A stretch of DNA of 63,990 nucleotides, counting the filler, from Conidiobolus incongruus B7586 (Eukaryota): the NCBI GenBank assembly GCA_000697335.1. It is 8 parts of 8 records of this genome, joined end to end, with 100 filler letters (N's around TTAATTAATTAA, not from the genome) between each part and the next. Parts side by side here need not be neighbours in the genome. Positions count along the whole stretch, not along the records: positions 22,161 to 33,665 come from JNEM01006338.1; positions 33,766 to 42,269 come from JNEM01006340.1; 6 more parts are not named here. One strand, given 5' to 3'. This document shows positions 27,001-40,675 of this stretch, in pieces. Position 1 is the first letter of the stretch, and every line of letters starts with the position of its first letter. A program made the translations under genes and the position numbers. The notes beneath the pieces were generated by a model, which had not been told where the DNA came from, did not search any database, and worked only from the letters and a program-made list of their open reading frames with translations.

Positions 27001-28917
27001 ATGATTGAAACCCTAGTTAAACACACCGCTTTACCTATGGAATTAAATTCTAATTCTGCAGTTCAATCGATTACAAGAAACTCATCTATTAACTCATTAC
27101 GGTCTCCAATTAATACTAACTTGCAATTTTCAAATAGCTTAAAGGTGGACGCTTCTATGCAACAAGAAGATATATCTCCTTTAAGGAGTTTTAGTCCTCG
27201 ACAAGATTCCATATCTCTTAAATCGGATTCCAGTCAAACCCATTCCATAAGTTCTGTTCTTTCCTCCAGTTCAAATTCATCATATTCCTTCATAGCTAAC
27301 CAATCTTTATTTGGATCGGAAAATGATAGTAATTTAGATGCTTTATTAACACAAGATTTAACTCTTTTGAAGAGTGAAGAGAATTTTGAACAGAGTTCTT
27401 TTACAGATCTCGATAATGACAGTTTAAAGCGTCTTTTACGTCATTATTGCTTAGATAATTTATGTATTGCAGAACAAAACCGTCATCTTAAAAGGGATTA
27501 TACAGCAACTAAAATGAATAATGACGCTCTAAAAAAATTATTGATGTCAAAGGACAATATTTTGCAGAAAATGGAACAAGAGAAACAACAACTAGTTGAA
27601 CGAATTAAATGGCTTGAAAATACTCTGGAAAATCACCTGAATTCTAAGCACTTGACTCCTGGAGCTTCAAGTAAATCTAGCTCGAACCCAAATCTACCAC
27701 TCACCGATCCAGTCCCAAGGAATAGTTCCGAATCAAACGGCAAACCTTCAATAGAAACAAATATTGTGAAGAATATTTGGTTCAAATTTAAAAAGCCTTA
27801 TGAGGGGAAGCACTTAGAATCAGAAGATATAGACTCTAATGAACTTGATATGATAGATTCAACTATATCAGGATACTCTTCTGAAGCTCCTTCTTCTCCA
27901 AATGCTGTCATTTCACCAAAATCTAAACCCAGATCGAAAATATTTTCTTCACTAAGCTGGTCGCATAGTCCGCCACACTCGAGAAAGTCTTTAGACTTAG
28001 ATATGACCCCTACCATTAGCCAAGGTCCCAATACTATGTCTCGAGCTGAAATGAGATCGATGCTCTTTTCAAAGCCAGAAATTCAATCTGCATCCACAAA
28101 TGGCATCCCTCCTCCATTGTCTCCACCAGCTAGTCCAGCGTCGGTAGTTTCCCCATCCATGAAAGCTGCATCAAACCATATCACATCAAGTCCTGATAAA
28201 GCCAAATCCCTATCCAATCAAGTTTTATCAGGCCCTGAACAAGCAAAATCTTCAAGCCAAACATTATCTAGCTCTGAGAAGTCAAAATCTCCACATATCC
28301 AAATTTTATCTAGCTCTGAGAAAGCGAAATCATCATCAAAACTCAATAAGGTCAGCATTCATGCACGACCTAAATCTCGATATAATGACTTCTGCAAGCA
28401 ACAAGAAGATATGGAAGGTCAAATTTATATCGATATTGATGATACTATAGATTTTTCTATCGATCAACCAGAAATTAATAATGAAGCCAAAAATAGTCCC
28501 ACCCCCTCTCTCAGATCATCTTCTAAGAAAACATTTCAAAATAACTTAGAGGCTGATAATGATAACAATAGCATCTATACTACTTCTTCAAGGTCATCAT
28601 CAAAATATTCATCTAAAAATCTACCTGAAGACAAATCAGAAACCGATAAAGGAAGAAAAAGCAGCTCTTCATCATCTCGCAAATCAAAATCACGCCCAGA
28701 CAAACCATTGCCACCGTTACCCCATGCATTAAACATTAAAAAGCAGCAGGGTATGATTGTCAGAAGGAAATCGAGCAAGAAGCGAAGCAGTAAACCACTC
28801 CCCACAGCACCTACCGATTCTCAAATATCTCAGTTTAGTAGATCGATAGATGAAGATATAGCGCAAATACATATTCAAAGTCCTCCCACTCCAGATCAAT
28901 CCATTGAGACGATATAA
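27001..28917 (+). CDS. Uncharacterised 638-aa Ser/Pro-rich protein with a coiled coil and PxxP motifs
   Basis: Long ORF in AT-rich DNA; heptad region ~aa 150-215; four ~13-14 aa internal repeats; KPLPPLP and KPLPTAP near the C-terminus. Confidence 0.85.
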   Translation: MIETLVKHTALPMELNSNSAVQSITRNSSINSLRSPINTNLQFSNSLKVDASMQQEDISPLRSFSPRQDSISLKSDSSQTHSISSVLSSSSNSSYSFIANQSLFGSENDSNLDALLTQDLTLLKSEENFEQSSFTDLDNDSLKRLLRHYCLDNLCIAEQNRHLKRDYTATKMNNDALKKLLMSKDNILQKMEQEKQQLVERIKWLENTLENHLNSKHLTPGASSKSSSNPNLPLTDPVPRNSSESNGKPSIETNIVKNIWFKFKKPYEGKHLESEDIDSNELDMIDSTISGYSSEAPSSPNAVISPKSKPRSKIFSSLSWSHSPPHSRKSLDLDMTPTISQGPNTMSRAEMRSMLFSKPEIQSASTNGIPPPLSPPASPASVVSPSMKAASNHITSSPDKAKSLSNQVLSGPEQAKSSSQTLSSSEKSKSPHIQILSSSEKAKSSSKLNKVSIHARPKSRYNDFCKQQEDMEGQIYIDIDDTIDFSIDQPEINNEAKNSPTPSLRSSSKKTFQNNLEADNDNNSIYTTSSRSSSKYSSKNLPEDKSETDKGRKSSSSSSRKSKSRPDKPLPPLPHALNIKKQQGMIVRRKSSKKRSSKPLPTAPTDSQISQFSRSIDEDIAQIHIQSPPTPDQSIETI

Positions 28918-29849
28918 AGGCATCAAGCATTCAAGTTATGATCTCTTCGTCCCAATTGAACTCACCATTCATAATATTTGTACAATTGACTCAATAGATA
29001 ATTAGACATTCCAACTAATTATCAACTCACACTAAATCACACAGGGGAAAACGTTGGATTAGTGACAGTTGAATTGGCAGTAATATACTCTAAATTGTTT
29101 AGTAATCAATATAATCTATCATTGTAAATCCCCTATAATGCATTATTTTAATTAAAATATATTTAATTGTAACAATAAATCTTTAGTTAATTTTAATCAA
29201 TTACAATATTGAAGCTTGATTTAATATATCAATGAAATCATATACGGACTTTACAAAATACATCATTTAATTTTCTCAATACCCGATTTCATTCATACAT
29301 ATAATCATTGATTGGAATGATAAATATTATTTTAGCTCTAAAAATCGCATGTTAAACAATCTCAATTTACCGCGTTTTCTCTTAGGGGTACATTTCGCAA
29401 TATTTTATTTTAATTTCAATAAAATTAAATGCTGAATACTAGTAATTAATTAAAATTACAAATTACTAATAAACTTATTAGTAATTTAAATTATTTTGAA
29501 CTGAAAGAAAAATTACAACTTGAGGATTTACATCATCAACTTTAAAAATAATAATTATTTTAACTTTTGGTTAAATTCAGGCAGTTTCTAGAAATTATTA
29601 TAAAATTAACAAATTAGGTAATTGGAATCTAAATTCCAAAAATAATCAAAAATAATTGATGTTTTATCAATTAATAACTCTAATCAATTCAATAAAAAAT
29701 ATTAAAATATTATAATTTATTAAGTAGATATATATAAATAATTAAATATTATACATATTAAGTTTAAAATTGAATCAAAATTTGGCATCTAGCTGAAAAT
29801 TAATAATAATTAATAAAGGGTATATATTAAAACTGATGAAAAATATAAA

Positions 29850-31068
29850 TTACGATGCTGGAATAGAGTTACTATGACGTGCTTGTTTAGCTTTTTTGAT
29901 TCGCATCAAAGTGAAAGAAAAGTATTCGTCTAATGTCATATTGGAGCCAATCTAAAGATAAAATATTAGTAAATAAAAAAATAAAGAAGTGTTACAATGC
30001 ATTACCGATTGTTTGATTGGTTTGGATGATTCGGAGCTTGAGAGTTGATCCATTAGTTCGATTAATTCAAGTACTAGTTTAGGTGTAGATTGATCTGATG
30101 TAAGCCATCTAGGTTGAAATCTTTCTAATTCAGGGTCTCCACGTTTTTTGGCGATCATGGTATTATACTAAAAAACAAGAATTAATATCGGTAAATTATA
30201 TTATATTTAAATATTTAACTTACAGGCCCTAATACAGTATTAAAAGAGATTAAAGCCTGATTCGATTTATTTTCGGATAATATAATATCTTCAATTTCGC
30301 CATATTTACTAAACACTGAAATAAGTGTATATCTATCAATATTTAGAAAAGATTTCCATTTAACACCAAGACTCAACTCTTGAGATGTAAGTTCCAATTT
30401 AAAACGTTCAATCTGTTCCTTTAACTGATACCCTCTATTAAAGGTTGGAGGTGGCGAAGGCGACAATTCTTCCTCCACTTCAAAATCGTAATATTCTTTG
30501 GGTCTAGATTGTTTACGCAATCTTTCCAACTAAACAATTTTATTAATGTCTTAAACTGAAAAATACTTCTAAAATAACTTACTTCAGCTTCCAACTTAGC
30601 TTTAGCTTCTAATTCCTTTTCCTTCTGTCGTCTGGCATTTTGTTCATCTCTCTCCAATTCTAAAAGCAATGTTAGTAATCCAAATTAATATAGGGTCATT
30701 AGTCAGTGTTTACCTTTTATTTTTTCATTTCTAACTCTATCTAACTCCCTCCTCTTTCTGATCTTTTCTAATTGGGTTCTCAAATAATTATCATAAGCTT
30801 GTCTAGCACTTATATCACTCAATACATCATAAACTTTAGTTAATTTTCTGAATAATTCCTCTAAAAAAGAATAAATATCGGATTTTGAGATGTATTATTC
30901 AATTAATTTACCAGCTTGAGGATTATCAGGATTCTTATCGGGATGGTATTTTAAACTTGTCTTCCTATAAGCTCTTTTTATTTCACTTAAACTACTGTCT
31001 AGTGAAATGTTTAAAAATTCGTAGTAGTTTAATTCTTTGCCGTCTATTTTGATAAATTGAGATTCCAT
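29850..31068 (-). CDS. CWC23: J-domain + RRM pre-mRNA splicing factor (Cwc23/Cwf23/DNAJC17), multi-exon
   Basis: [19 protein letters not shown]...[22 protein letters not shown] (HPD), [45 protein letters not shown]-terminal [11 protein letters not shown]. Confidence 0.85.
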
Positions 31069-31504
31069 TTTTATTTAATTTTTATTATCTTTTCTATTCA
31101 TGCATTATTTTGTAATGATTGATAGGATTTTTATATTGTTGAGCTGTATTTAACTTTATGGGATCAAAATAACTATTCTTAAAATAAATTTTGTGATGAG
31201 TATTATTGGTTATTAAGTTCATTGATTATGGTAATATACTGTAAAATTCACATCATACTTGAAATTATAATTCTAAGATAATGCAATAATAATACATATG
31301 GATAATATCCTGGTAAATGTGTTGTTTTTGACACTTTGAAGTTTATTTGATTTATTATATTAAGTGATATCGAAATAAGGGTATTGAAAATATGGATAAA
31401 TGCTTTTATTTCAATGGTTAAATTTAATTAAGGGATATTCATTATGATAAGTTCGAAAATAAATAAGGATCATAGTAATTTACAATATAAAGTGAATTCA
31501 AATA

Positions 31505-32275
31505 TCAGCGATGGTTGATGATTTTATGACGACGCTTTGATTTTACAAACTCTGAGTACCATTCAAACTTCGTTAAATCGAAAGATTTTGGTTTTGAAAT
31601 ATACTGTTTCATCGATTTTGTTATATATGGGGGGTATAGAGTATCTGCTAAGAAAGGTCGCGTTACTTTTGGTCTCAATACCTGACGGACTAGAGATGCG
31701 TCGTTCATAATAAAATGGTCAAAAACCTTGGGTTTGAGGTAATTCGGTTTGTGGGCAATTGGCTTCGAATCTTTAGCTTTATTATGATTGTGATTCCTTT
31801 TTAATTTCTTATAAGGGATAGTATGATAATTTTGCACCAGTTTCTGCTGAGCTTTGGCATATTTTGCCAACTCTTGCTCTCTCTTGAAATACTGTTTTTC
31901 CCTCTTCAATAAGCTGTGGTGATATTGCTCAAAATTAGGCTCATTTTCTAAATCTGTGGGGTGATTGCTTTGAATTTTTTGAGATTGTAAAATGGAAGAA
32001 TTGATAGCTTTTAAATCCGCGCCTCTTAACTTTTTAAACCCGAGGTTATTTCCCTTAGTTTTGGGTTTATTTTTCTTTTTGCTAGATTGCAAAAGATCCA
32101 AATCGAATTCGGAATGGATGATTTGTAGCTGGTGATTTTCTAATCGTTTTGCCTTCTCCCTCAGCTGGTCATCTTCTACCTTAATAGCTAGCGGTGTAAT
32201 CGGATAGAGTGGAGGTGGTTTTCTGTTTCTGCGAGGCAGCACTCGATGCTCAACAGTTAATTTGGTCTTTCTCAT
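31505..32275 (-). CDS. Basic 256-aa protein with a weak Sas4/PEHE-like helix
   Basis: Open ORF; FEQYHHSLLKREKQYFKREQE resembles the H...E..EK helix of Sas4/PEHE proteins (tentative). Confidence 0.6.
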   Translation of the reverse strand: MRKTKLTVEHRVLPRRNRKPPPLYPITPLAIKVEDDQLREKAKRLENHQLQIIHSEFDLDLLQSSKKKNKPKTKGNNLGFKKLRGADLKAINSSILQSQKIQSNHPTDLENEPNFEQYHHSLLKREKQYFKREQELAKYAKAQQKLVQNYHTIPYKKLKRNHNHNKAKDSKPIAHKPNYLKPKVFDHFIMNDASLVRQVLRPKVTRPFLADTLYPPYITKSMKQYISKPKSFDLTKFEWYSEFVKSKRRHKIINHR

Positions 32276-33665
32276 AATTTAATGAAACTTTGATTCATTT
32301 TAATCAAGAACATCTAAATAAACAATTAAATTCATTCTAATAAAATTGTGATTTAATTTAGTGATCCTTCCTAAATTTAGATACTATTTGAAATGTTTCG
32401 CAAATTTATAAATATAGTAGGTAAACAAATCATTTTGAAAATCTCATTATCAGATTGTTTGATTAAAAATGAGATATTAGATTCAAATATCCTAGTTCAC
32501 CTCATTAACCAAAATATTTCAATAATAATTCAAATTTTAAATAATGGAATTCTTTAAAATCAAATTTGAATATAATTTTCTATATATAATTTTCAAAAAT
32601 AAATTAACTATAATAAAATTTAAAATTCTGATAATATTTTCATTATCCTTTTACCCTTTTATCAATATTACATTCAATTCTAATTTTTACTCAAAAAAAT
32701 CAATTATTTTCAATTAATCTATTATTTCTATATTTTTAAATATATTATATAATCCTTTATGTGATAATTTACAAAGAAAATAAACATTCATTATTTAATA
32801 AATACATATATTTATATTATTATATATTATTTTTAACAATAAGTCTTATTTTTGATACAGCCTATTTAATTTGTATTTTTAATATTTTAATTTAATTAAC
32901 TAATATAAAAAAATTACAAAGTTTCACCTAATCTCAAACAAATATAAAAAGTATTATATAAACAATGCAAAATTTTTTTCCTCGACAATTGTCATTATTT
33001 TCTATATTCTAATTTTATTTGTTGAAATTTATTTTTATATAGATATATATTTTTATTCTTTTAAATCAATTATAATTGTATAAATTATTACTAAATAAAT
33101 ATAGTATATATGTATTTTCTAGTTATATTTAATTGAAAATTTTTAACCATTTTCACTTTTTATCAATTAGAATTAATAGATATGATTATTAATTTCAAAT
33201 AAATATTTTATTTTAGTTTATTTTTGGTACAGGATTATATTGAGTAATCTGATATTATTAATTATAATGACTTAATCAAATATTTTAAGATCTTAATTAA
33301 TACTTAGTAAATTTTTAATAATTAAAGTTATTTGAATTTTTTAAGATTATTGAATTAAATAAATCAAGTTTAAATTATTGAAACTTAAAATTTATATTTT
33401 ATTAATAATTAATTCAAAAATGACAAATTTTTTATTTCTGATATTTCAAATTTATTACTAATTTTGAAAATTAAATATATATAAAATATATAGGAAAATA
33501 AATATTTTTACAATATATATTTATAGTAGTTTTAAAAATAAATCATAAAATTAAATTATCTATATATTTATTTATAATTTAAATTATTTTTAATTAAATT
33601 AAATTATAATTTATAATTTAATTTCATTATTTGATAATAATTAACTATATTTGATTATATTTCAT

Positions 33666-33765
33666 NNNNNNNNNNNNNNNNNNNNNNNNNNNNNNNNNNN
33701 NNNNNNNNNTTAATTAATTAANNNNNNNNNNNNNNNNNNNNNNNNNNNNNNNNNNNNNNNNNNNN
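33666..33765. other. Artificial contig linker
   Basis: 44 N + TTAATTAATTAA + 44 N. Confidence 0.98.
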
Positions 33766-36479
33766 AAGAAAAAATCAAAGTATTTATATAAACATATATA
33801 GTTTTGTTTTATTTATTTATTTATTTTATCATTTAATATATTTAAAAATTATTTAAAACAAAATAAAATTATATTTTTGAATAGAAGGATTTGGAATATA
33901 AAGAATAATAATTAAAAAATTATAGATCATTTGTATTATATTATTTTTTCATCAATATTGTTATTATCATTATTATAATAACCTTGTGGTATAAAATATA
34001 TTTATATAAAATTTTATTTTTACAAATTATTTTTAGGCTTTAATAGCTGTAATATACCAATAATAAAAAACTAAAAATATCAAAATAAAAAACTAATGAT
34101 ATTAAATATATGTTTTAGAGATAGTTAAGTATAATGATAAATTTCATAAAAATAATTTGTTAGTAAAAAACATAATATATCAAAATATATAATATAAAGT
34201 TAATTATTATTCTATTGATGTTTATATAGTTTATTTTTGATTAATAAGTTTGAAAAGTCATTAACAATGAACTTTGCATTTTTTTATTCTTTAATAATAA
34301 ATATAGATATATAATTATAATTAATGATATTTTATTGATTATTTGATAATTTAATAAAATAATAATTTTTAAAATTTGAGTTATATTTGGTAATGATTAG
34401 ATAGATTATTGAATTAGTTTAATGATGTGACCAGAATTATTATATATTGGGAGTTAATAGCGATATTATCATCTTTGAGACAAGGTCCAAATATTATTGT
34501 TCTTAGATATTACGTTAAATATAAGAACGAAATACGATAATTGGAATGATTAATCCATAGTTCTCCTTTTATATTAATATTTCAATATAATTACTATTAG
34601 TTATTGATAGTTATTACATTTTGAAATCTTAAGTGATTATTTTATGGTATTTTTGACCAAATTTGTGATCATAAAATATATTTAAAATAGAGAAAAAATT
34701 GGAAAATAATTGAAAGATTAGGGGAATGTGCTTGAAACATAATTAATAGCTCTGATTAAGAATGATAAATCTTAGTAAAGGTTTGGCTATATTTTTCATA
34801 GACATTTTCTAGTATGCTTTAAAATAATGACTTGACAATTCTAATGCTATAAATCCAATATGTGTCATATAGAAGAGACTATTTGAAAGCAAAACAGAAA
34901 CTACATCTGTAAATTTAAATAATTTCATTCAAATTATGTTAAAAACAATGGTGGTTTATGCTTTCCTTTTTATAAATTATTAATTGGAGGAAGATAATAC
35001 GGAAAAAATTGAAATTAAATTCATGAATTCAATTAAATTATCGATATTTTAAATTGATTTATAATTGCTCAATGTATTTTCGACAGTTTTAAATAGAAGT
35101 AAAATAAGGTGAAATCTGTCCATAAAGGTTGAATATTGCTCAAATTACATAAATTAATTATATATAAAATCGGTAATGGTATTATGTTTAAAAATCTTGA
35201 AGAATTGATGTAATTGGGAGTATATTTATTGATAATATGTTTTAACACAAAAACATTTAAAGCTTTACGAAATATCAATCATTTTGTTTATACTTATAAT
35301 GGTGATATATTAATTGATCATATTGAAATCATTATTTTTATATTAAACAATTGAAATTGTACCAATAAACTAAACAATCTAATTTTCTTAGATTTTGAAA
35401 ACGTTTATATTAAATAATTTAAACTTTTTGGGATTGTGGTTAAAGTAATTAATATTTTTTAAGACTGTTTTTGTCATCTATATAATAGCAACTCATATTT
35501 ATAATATTTTCAATGATTATAAACCACAAACAATACAATATTTCACAATCTCTCTTTATATTTAACAATATGATTTCCTTATTAGTAATATATAATGGAC
35601 CAAAATTCTGTTAATCAACCCCACACCAAATAAGAAAATTGAGTTTTAACCAATGAAATCATCAGACCACTCGCCAATTTAATTTGGGAAACAATTTATC
35701 ATATTCATATTGAAAATAAAATTTATTGATAGTTGAAATGCTTGTTAGATTGAAAGTATGATGCAATCAAAGCTACATCGTGTCAACTAAGCAATTATGG
35801 TAAAGCTCAATATTTAGAAGTAGGGTGATGGATGTTGTTTTCAATTGAATAGTCAACAACCTCGGCGTAGATCCAACTAGAGATAGTCCATTGTAGAGGG
35901 ACTTGGTTGAGGTTAAAGCTGATCAATTGGAATTGATAATATGAATTTTGGCATTAATTTTATTGAGATATTATTCTCCCAACTATGAGAGTACTAAATT
36001 ATTAAAATCAAAACAAACGCAATTCGCCAATTCGATTGAATTTTGAAGGAATAATGGATTGTGATTGGTGGATGAGGTTACCAATGACAAAGCGGCAACA
36101 CTTGGATCATTAATTGAACCCCATTTCAATTATAGGTCAACTGAGAAAGACGGAGTAAGGGAGTGCGAGGGGATTTGTATATGAGATTTTTAAATTAGGG
36201 GCAATTCAGAATTTGAAATGCTTTTTGCTCAAAACAAGATATTTTACCTGTTATTCCATTTAAATAATTATTAGCTTTTTTCTCTTATTTTTATCATTTC
36301 AATATATTGTTTAATTGATCATTATTGTTAAAATCATTCTTTTTTGATATTCGGTATATCTAGTATATTAAAAAGAATCTAGAAATTTCATCTACTTATA
36401 GAATTTATTTATTATTTTTATCGGCCTCTTTGACTATAAGGCTTTCATTTGCATTTATCTAATTAATTAAACTTATACA

Positions 36480-39400
36480 ATGAACGCTGATAAAGAAGTA
36501 ATCAATCAAATTGACCCTCAAGTGATATCGAGGAAATTAGTGACAAGACGTAGGTCACTTTGGATAACGTTTTGTACAATAGTTACCTTTTTATTTCCCA
36601 ACTTTTTACTTAACTTCTTTGGGTATAAGACGCCAGACACTCGAAGTGCTTGTCGTGAAAAATTAACCTTGGTAATTATTCAATTATTTTGTTGTGGGTT
36701 CTTTTTCTTTATTTGCGAGGGTATACCTCGTCTCTTTTGTTCTTCCGGTTTGATATATACCGCCGAATATGTCGCTACTACACCTTATAATATTATTAAT
36801 GGTATGGTTGTTGATTTATCCAAGTCTCAATCTCGAGTGGGTGATTTCGCTAGACAGTACCCTGGGAAAGATATCTCAGTAGCTTTTCCTAGATATTTGT
36901 ATTTGACCAGAAATCCAGGTTCAACGGAATATCTTGACAAGGATATTGCAGCTTGTATTCCCAACTATCAAACAGCAGATAATTGGTTGAGAGCTAGAAT
37001 CTCCAATGATACTGGATACTTTGTCCAAGACCATCAATTGAACGGATGTCCAGGAGTCGATGATCCTTCTAAGCCTAGCTCCCCATGCTTCAGATCCACC
37101 GATGATATTAATGAAGTGCACAAAAACGTCGTTTCAGGTAAATTATCTATTTTCATTCAATGCATTTAACTCTCATTTTGCGATTTCTATTTTTGAATTT
37201 TCCCATTCAATGATACTAAATATAACTTATTTTTATTTATTTTAGATCTTCATATATCTGATAACGATCCAAAAGTGAAATCATTTATTAAGGTCAACAA
37301 TGTATTTTACAATGCCGGTGATTTTATCAAGCCATCTTTGATGAATAACACCAACAAAATTAACACTCAATATTTACTTTTCCCAGAGGATATCACCTCT
37401 CAAATCCAAAATAGTATGGGTAAAATTAACGATCAATCCCTGTCCAAAAACACCGAATGGCCCAAGTACCAAGCATGTATGTCCAAAATGTTTTATATGG
37501 GATCAGGAATGAATAATGTTACTCCGGGTGCCTCATCTTGCAATTTATGGACCATTCCTTTGGTGATTTTTGTAATTCCAATGTGTTTAATTATCCTCAA
37601 ATCTATTTTTTCGTTACGTCCCGCTTTAGGTACCACAAGGCAAAAATGTCAAGAGAATTGCATTATTTTGATTCCTTGCTTTAATGAAACTCTCCAAGAA
37701 TTAAGAACTTCGGTAAATGGTGTCGTTGAAACTTATCATCCCGATCATGCTAAACTGTTGATGATTGTTTGTGATGGTGTCACTTGCCTTCAAAGTGTAT
37801 TGAGTATTGTAGGCTACCAGGGCGATGAACCCGAAACCAAGGGATATCAATCTCTCGGCTCGGGCAACAAATCACTCAATTTTGCAAAGGTTTACTCTGG
37901 ATTTTATTACCACGGATCCCACGGTGTACCATATATTATTGTTGTAAAGACTGGTAATTTGGCCGAACGTGAACTTAATGGTAACCGTGGCAAGAGGGAC
38001 TCCATAATGATTTTGCTCAATTTCTTGGATGGTATTTCTGCCCCGGATAATTTGTTAACCCCCCTCGAAGCCGAAATTGCTATTAATTTGAGAAAATTGG
38101 AGATCAGAATTGAAAAATTCCCCTATTTGATGATTGTTGATGCTGATACCTATGTGGACCCTAACTCCCTTCCCAGTATGCTTGGATATCTTGAGGCAAG
38201 ACCTAAATACTTGGCAGTATCTGGTCAACTTCAATTAACCGGTGGATTGAATCCATTCTTAACATTGATGAGCCAGTATCACAACTTTGTCACTAGACAT
38301 TTGTCCATGGTAGCTGCTAATCGACTTTCATCTTTGACTATGACTAATGGTGCATTCTGTGTCTTCAGATTACACCAAATTACTGGTGAAAAATGCCTCA
38401 CCCACGAAGGAACTGTCTCAAGACTTACTTACAAGCGTACTTCTACTCTTCACACCAAACATGCTGTTATGTTAGGTGAAGATGTATTTATTTCTACATT
38501 GCTTCTTCAACGCTGGCCCAATGCTAAAATTGGCTATCTTCCAACAGTCACTGCTAAAACTTTAGCACCCTCGGCATTCGGTCAAATTGTAAAGAAGGAA
38601 CGCGCCAATATTTCTATTCGTTTCCACAACCTCATCGAACTTTGGAGGACTTCGGCAGTGATGGGACTCTCTTTTGTTACCAAACTTTGGACCATGATTG
38701 AACTTTTATGGATTCTTCTCATGCCCGCCTTCTGTCTCTATGCCTACTGGATTTTACTTAGAGCTTTGTTCTTGGAACCTCAACAATGGGTGGTAGCTGG
38801 TGCTATCATGATTGTTGCATTCGCTTTGGCTATTTTGAATCCTCTTATTGAGTTCAAGCTAAATTATTTAATTGGTTTCTTCTTGTATCTCACAGTTGGT
38901 CTTCCCTTCTACTACTTCTTCCTCCCACTCTACACATTCTTCACTCAAGATGATTTCTTATGGTGTGACGTTGGTGGTGATCAAACTAGAATGAGACCTC
39001 ATGGTACCTTTGACAACGCTAGTACTGATCAAGGTCGTCAAAGATTCTCCTTATCACAATACGAAAAGCCCCCTTCATCTGATACATCATATGTTAGCTT
39101 TGGTCAAGATGTTCTTCCCAATCCCAACTATAGCTCACTCTACACCGAGTTCAAGCAGATGGGTATGCTTTCACCCAGATCAAATGATGTCTCTTTACTC
39201 AATCCATTTAATACCCCACCTGGTAATAATGGTAATGAGCATTTGCCAATGACTGAGTTAAATAAGGCCGACAATTATCAATACAATCAAGGAAAAGGTG
39301 CTCATACATCTAATCAGCTCCCCATGACCCAAATCAATAATAACATGTCAAGCATTAGCTTGAACTCTTCCTCAAATCCACCTTCTGGTATCCTTATTGA

Positions 39401-40103
39401 TGATATTTCATCATCTCCTGCTCAACAAATGTCACCATTGAATATGAATAACTTCCCTATGCCACCTCAAAAAGCCTCCAGTCCTACTGTCTATTTCGAT
39501 AAAACCAACAATAACCAAGCCAACTCCACATCTGCCATTAAACAAATGAACAACCAACAGCATACATCCAGAAGCATTCCAAATAATGGTAATTCCAACA
39601 AACATGAATCCGCCGTCCCCTTCACTCCAAACAGTCGCTTCGAATTCGGCAACAGTGTCGAAGTCTCGTCAATGCCCAATCCCCGCGTTGATATGAACCC
39701 CAGATCCGTGCAAACACGATCCATCGCCATTTCAGAATATGACTCAGACTTCTCAAGCTCCATGAACAGTTTGGCTAACGCGAACCCGAACCCCCGCATG
39801 TCGACAGTATCAGTTCATAGCTCCAAATCACGACGTGCGACAATGACGCAAAATTTCCACAAGGACGACGACGACGACTTTCATCAGAGCGAAGAGCTGA
39901 TCCGCGATGAAATTCGCTACATGCTACAGTACGCCGATCTCAATAAGACGACGCGTCGCGAAGTCAAAGAGCACCTACTAGTAGTCTTTGGCGAAAACGT
40001 CGCATACTATCAAGACTTTATCAACAAGTGTATCGAGGAGTTCACCCTCGAAAAATTGGCTCTAAGTTCGACAAACTCGTCCTTCTCCAGTCCGAACCAA
40101 TAA
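36480..40103 (+). CDS. Chitin synthase-like GT2 protein (division 2, no myosin head, C-terminal DEK_C-like domain), 2 exons (intron 37138-37245), ~1171 aa, degenerate active site
   Basis: T..RR.W...T...P, A(C)REKL, IPCFNE, KLLMIVCDG, YQSLG.G.K..N.AKVYSG.Y, VPYIIVVK.G, GNRGKRDS, IVDADT, TLH.K....LGED, QDDF.W, IR.ML..ADL...T...V. Confidence 0.9.
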
Positions 40104-40340
40104 TCCTATTAGACTAAATTAACTCTTTTGTGGAATTCCAATGTAGGAATATCACACTTGTAAATCATATCTTTTATTTCATCTTGATCATATTTTTACA
40201 ACAATAATTTTAATTTGTTTAATTATAATAATATTAATAAACCTTGTTAAATATTTAATTTCAAATACACAAAATATGACTAGAATTAACATTTATTATT
40301 TGTATTTAACATCTTGTTGATTTAACATTTTTGACATCAT

Positions 40341-40675
40341 AGTAACATCAATTTGAAAAGCCTTGTTCGGATTAATTTAAATACAAAAAGGATCTGGGGA
40401 ATTTAAAGTAACTGTTAGGGGGAGAGGGAGTTAATTGGTTTGAGGCAGATAGCTGGGAGGACCCAGATCGAGCTCATCGCCTTGAGGATAGCTCTAATTC
40501 CGGGTTTTATATAGAGTGAATAGAATAAGGAGATTTATGAAGTTTCCAGGTGGTTTATATCATCAGCCAACTAAAGGATAGAACTGAAGAGGTTGATCAT
40601 GTGACGAGTGAATGACTCTTATATTCAGTTAATATAAGCATATTTAGTAGGTTAGGAGTCTCCTAACTCGTCACA
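40341..40675 (-). mobile_element. Solo-LTR-like dispersed repeat, family B copy 2
   Basis: Diverged collinear copy of 10545-10880; the minus strand starts TGTGAC, ends GTTACT and contains CTATATAAAA. Confidence 0.6.

Noticed and set aside
35760..36240. GC-richer stretch upstream of the chitin-synthase-like gene as an extra exon or myosin-domain relic
   Set aside because: No sustained frame or recognisable motif on either strand; probably promoter/5' UTR
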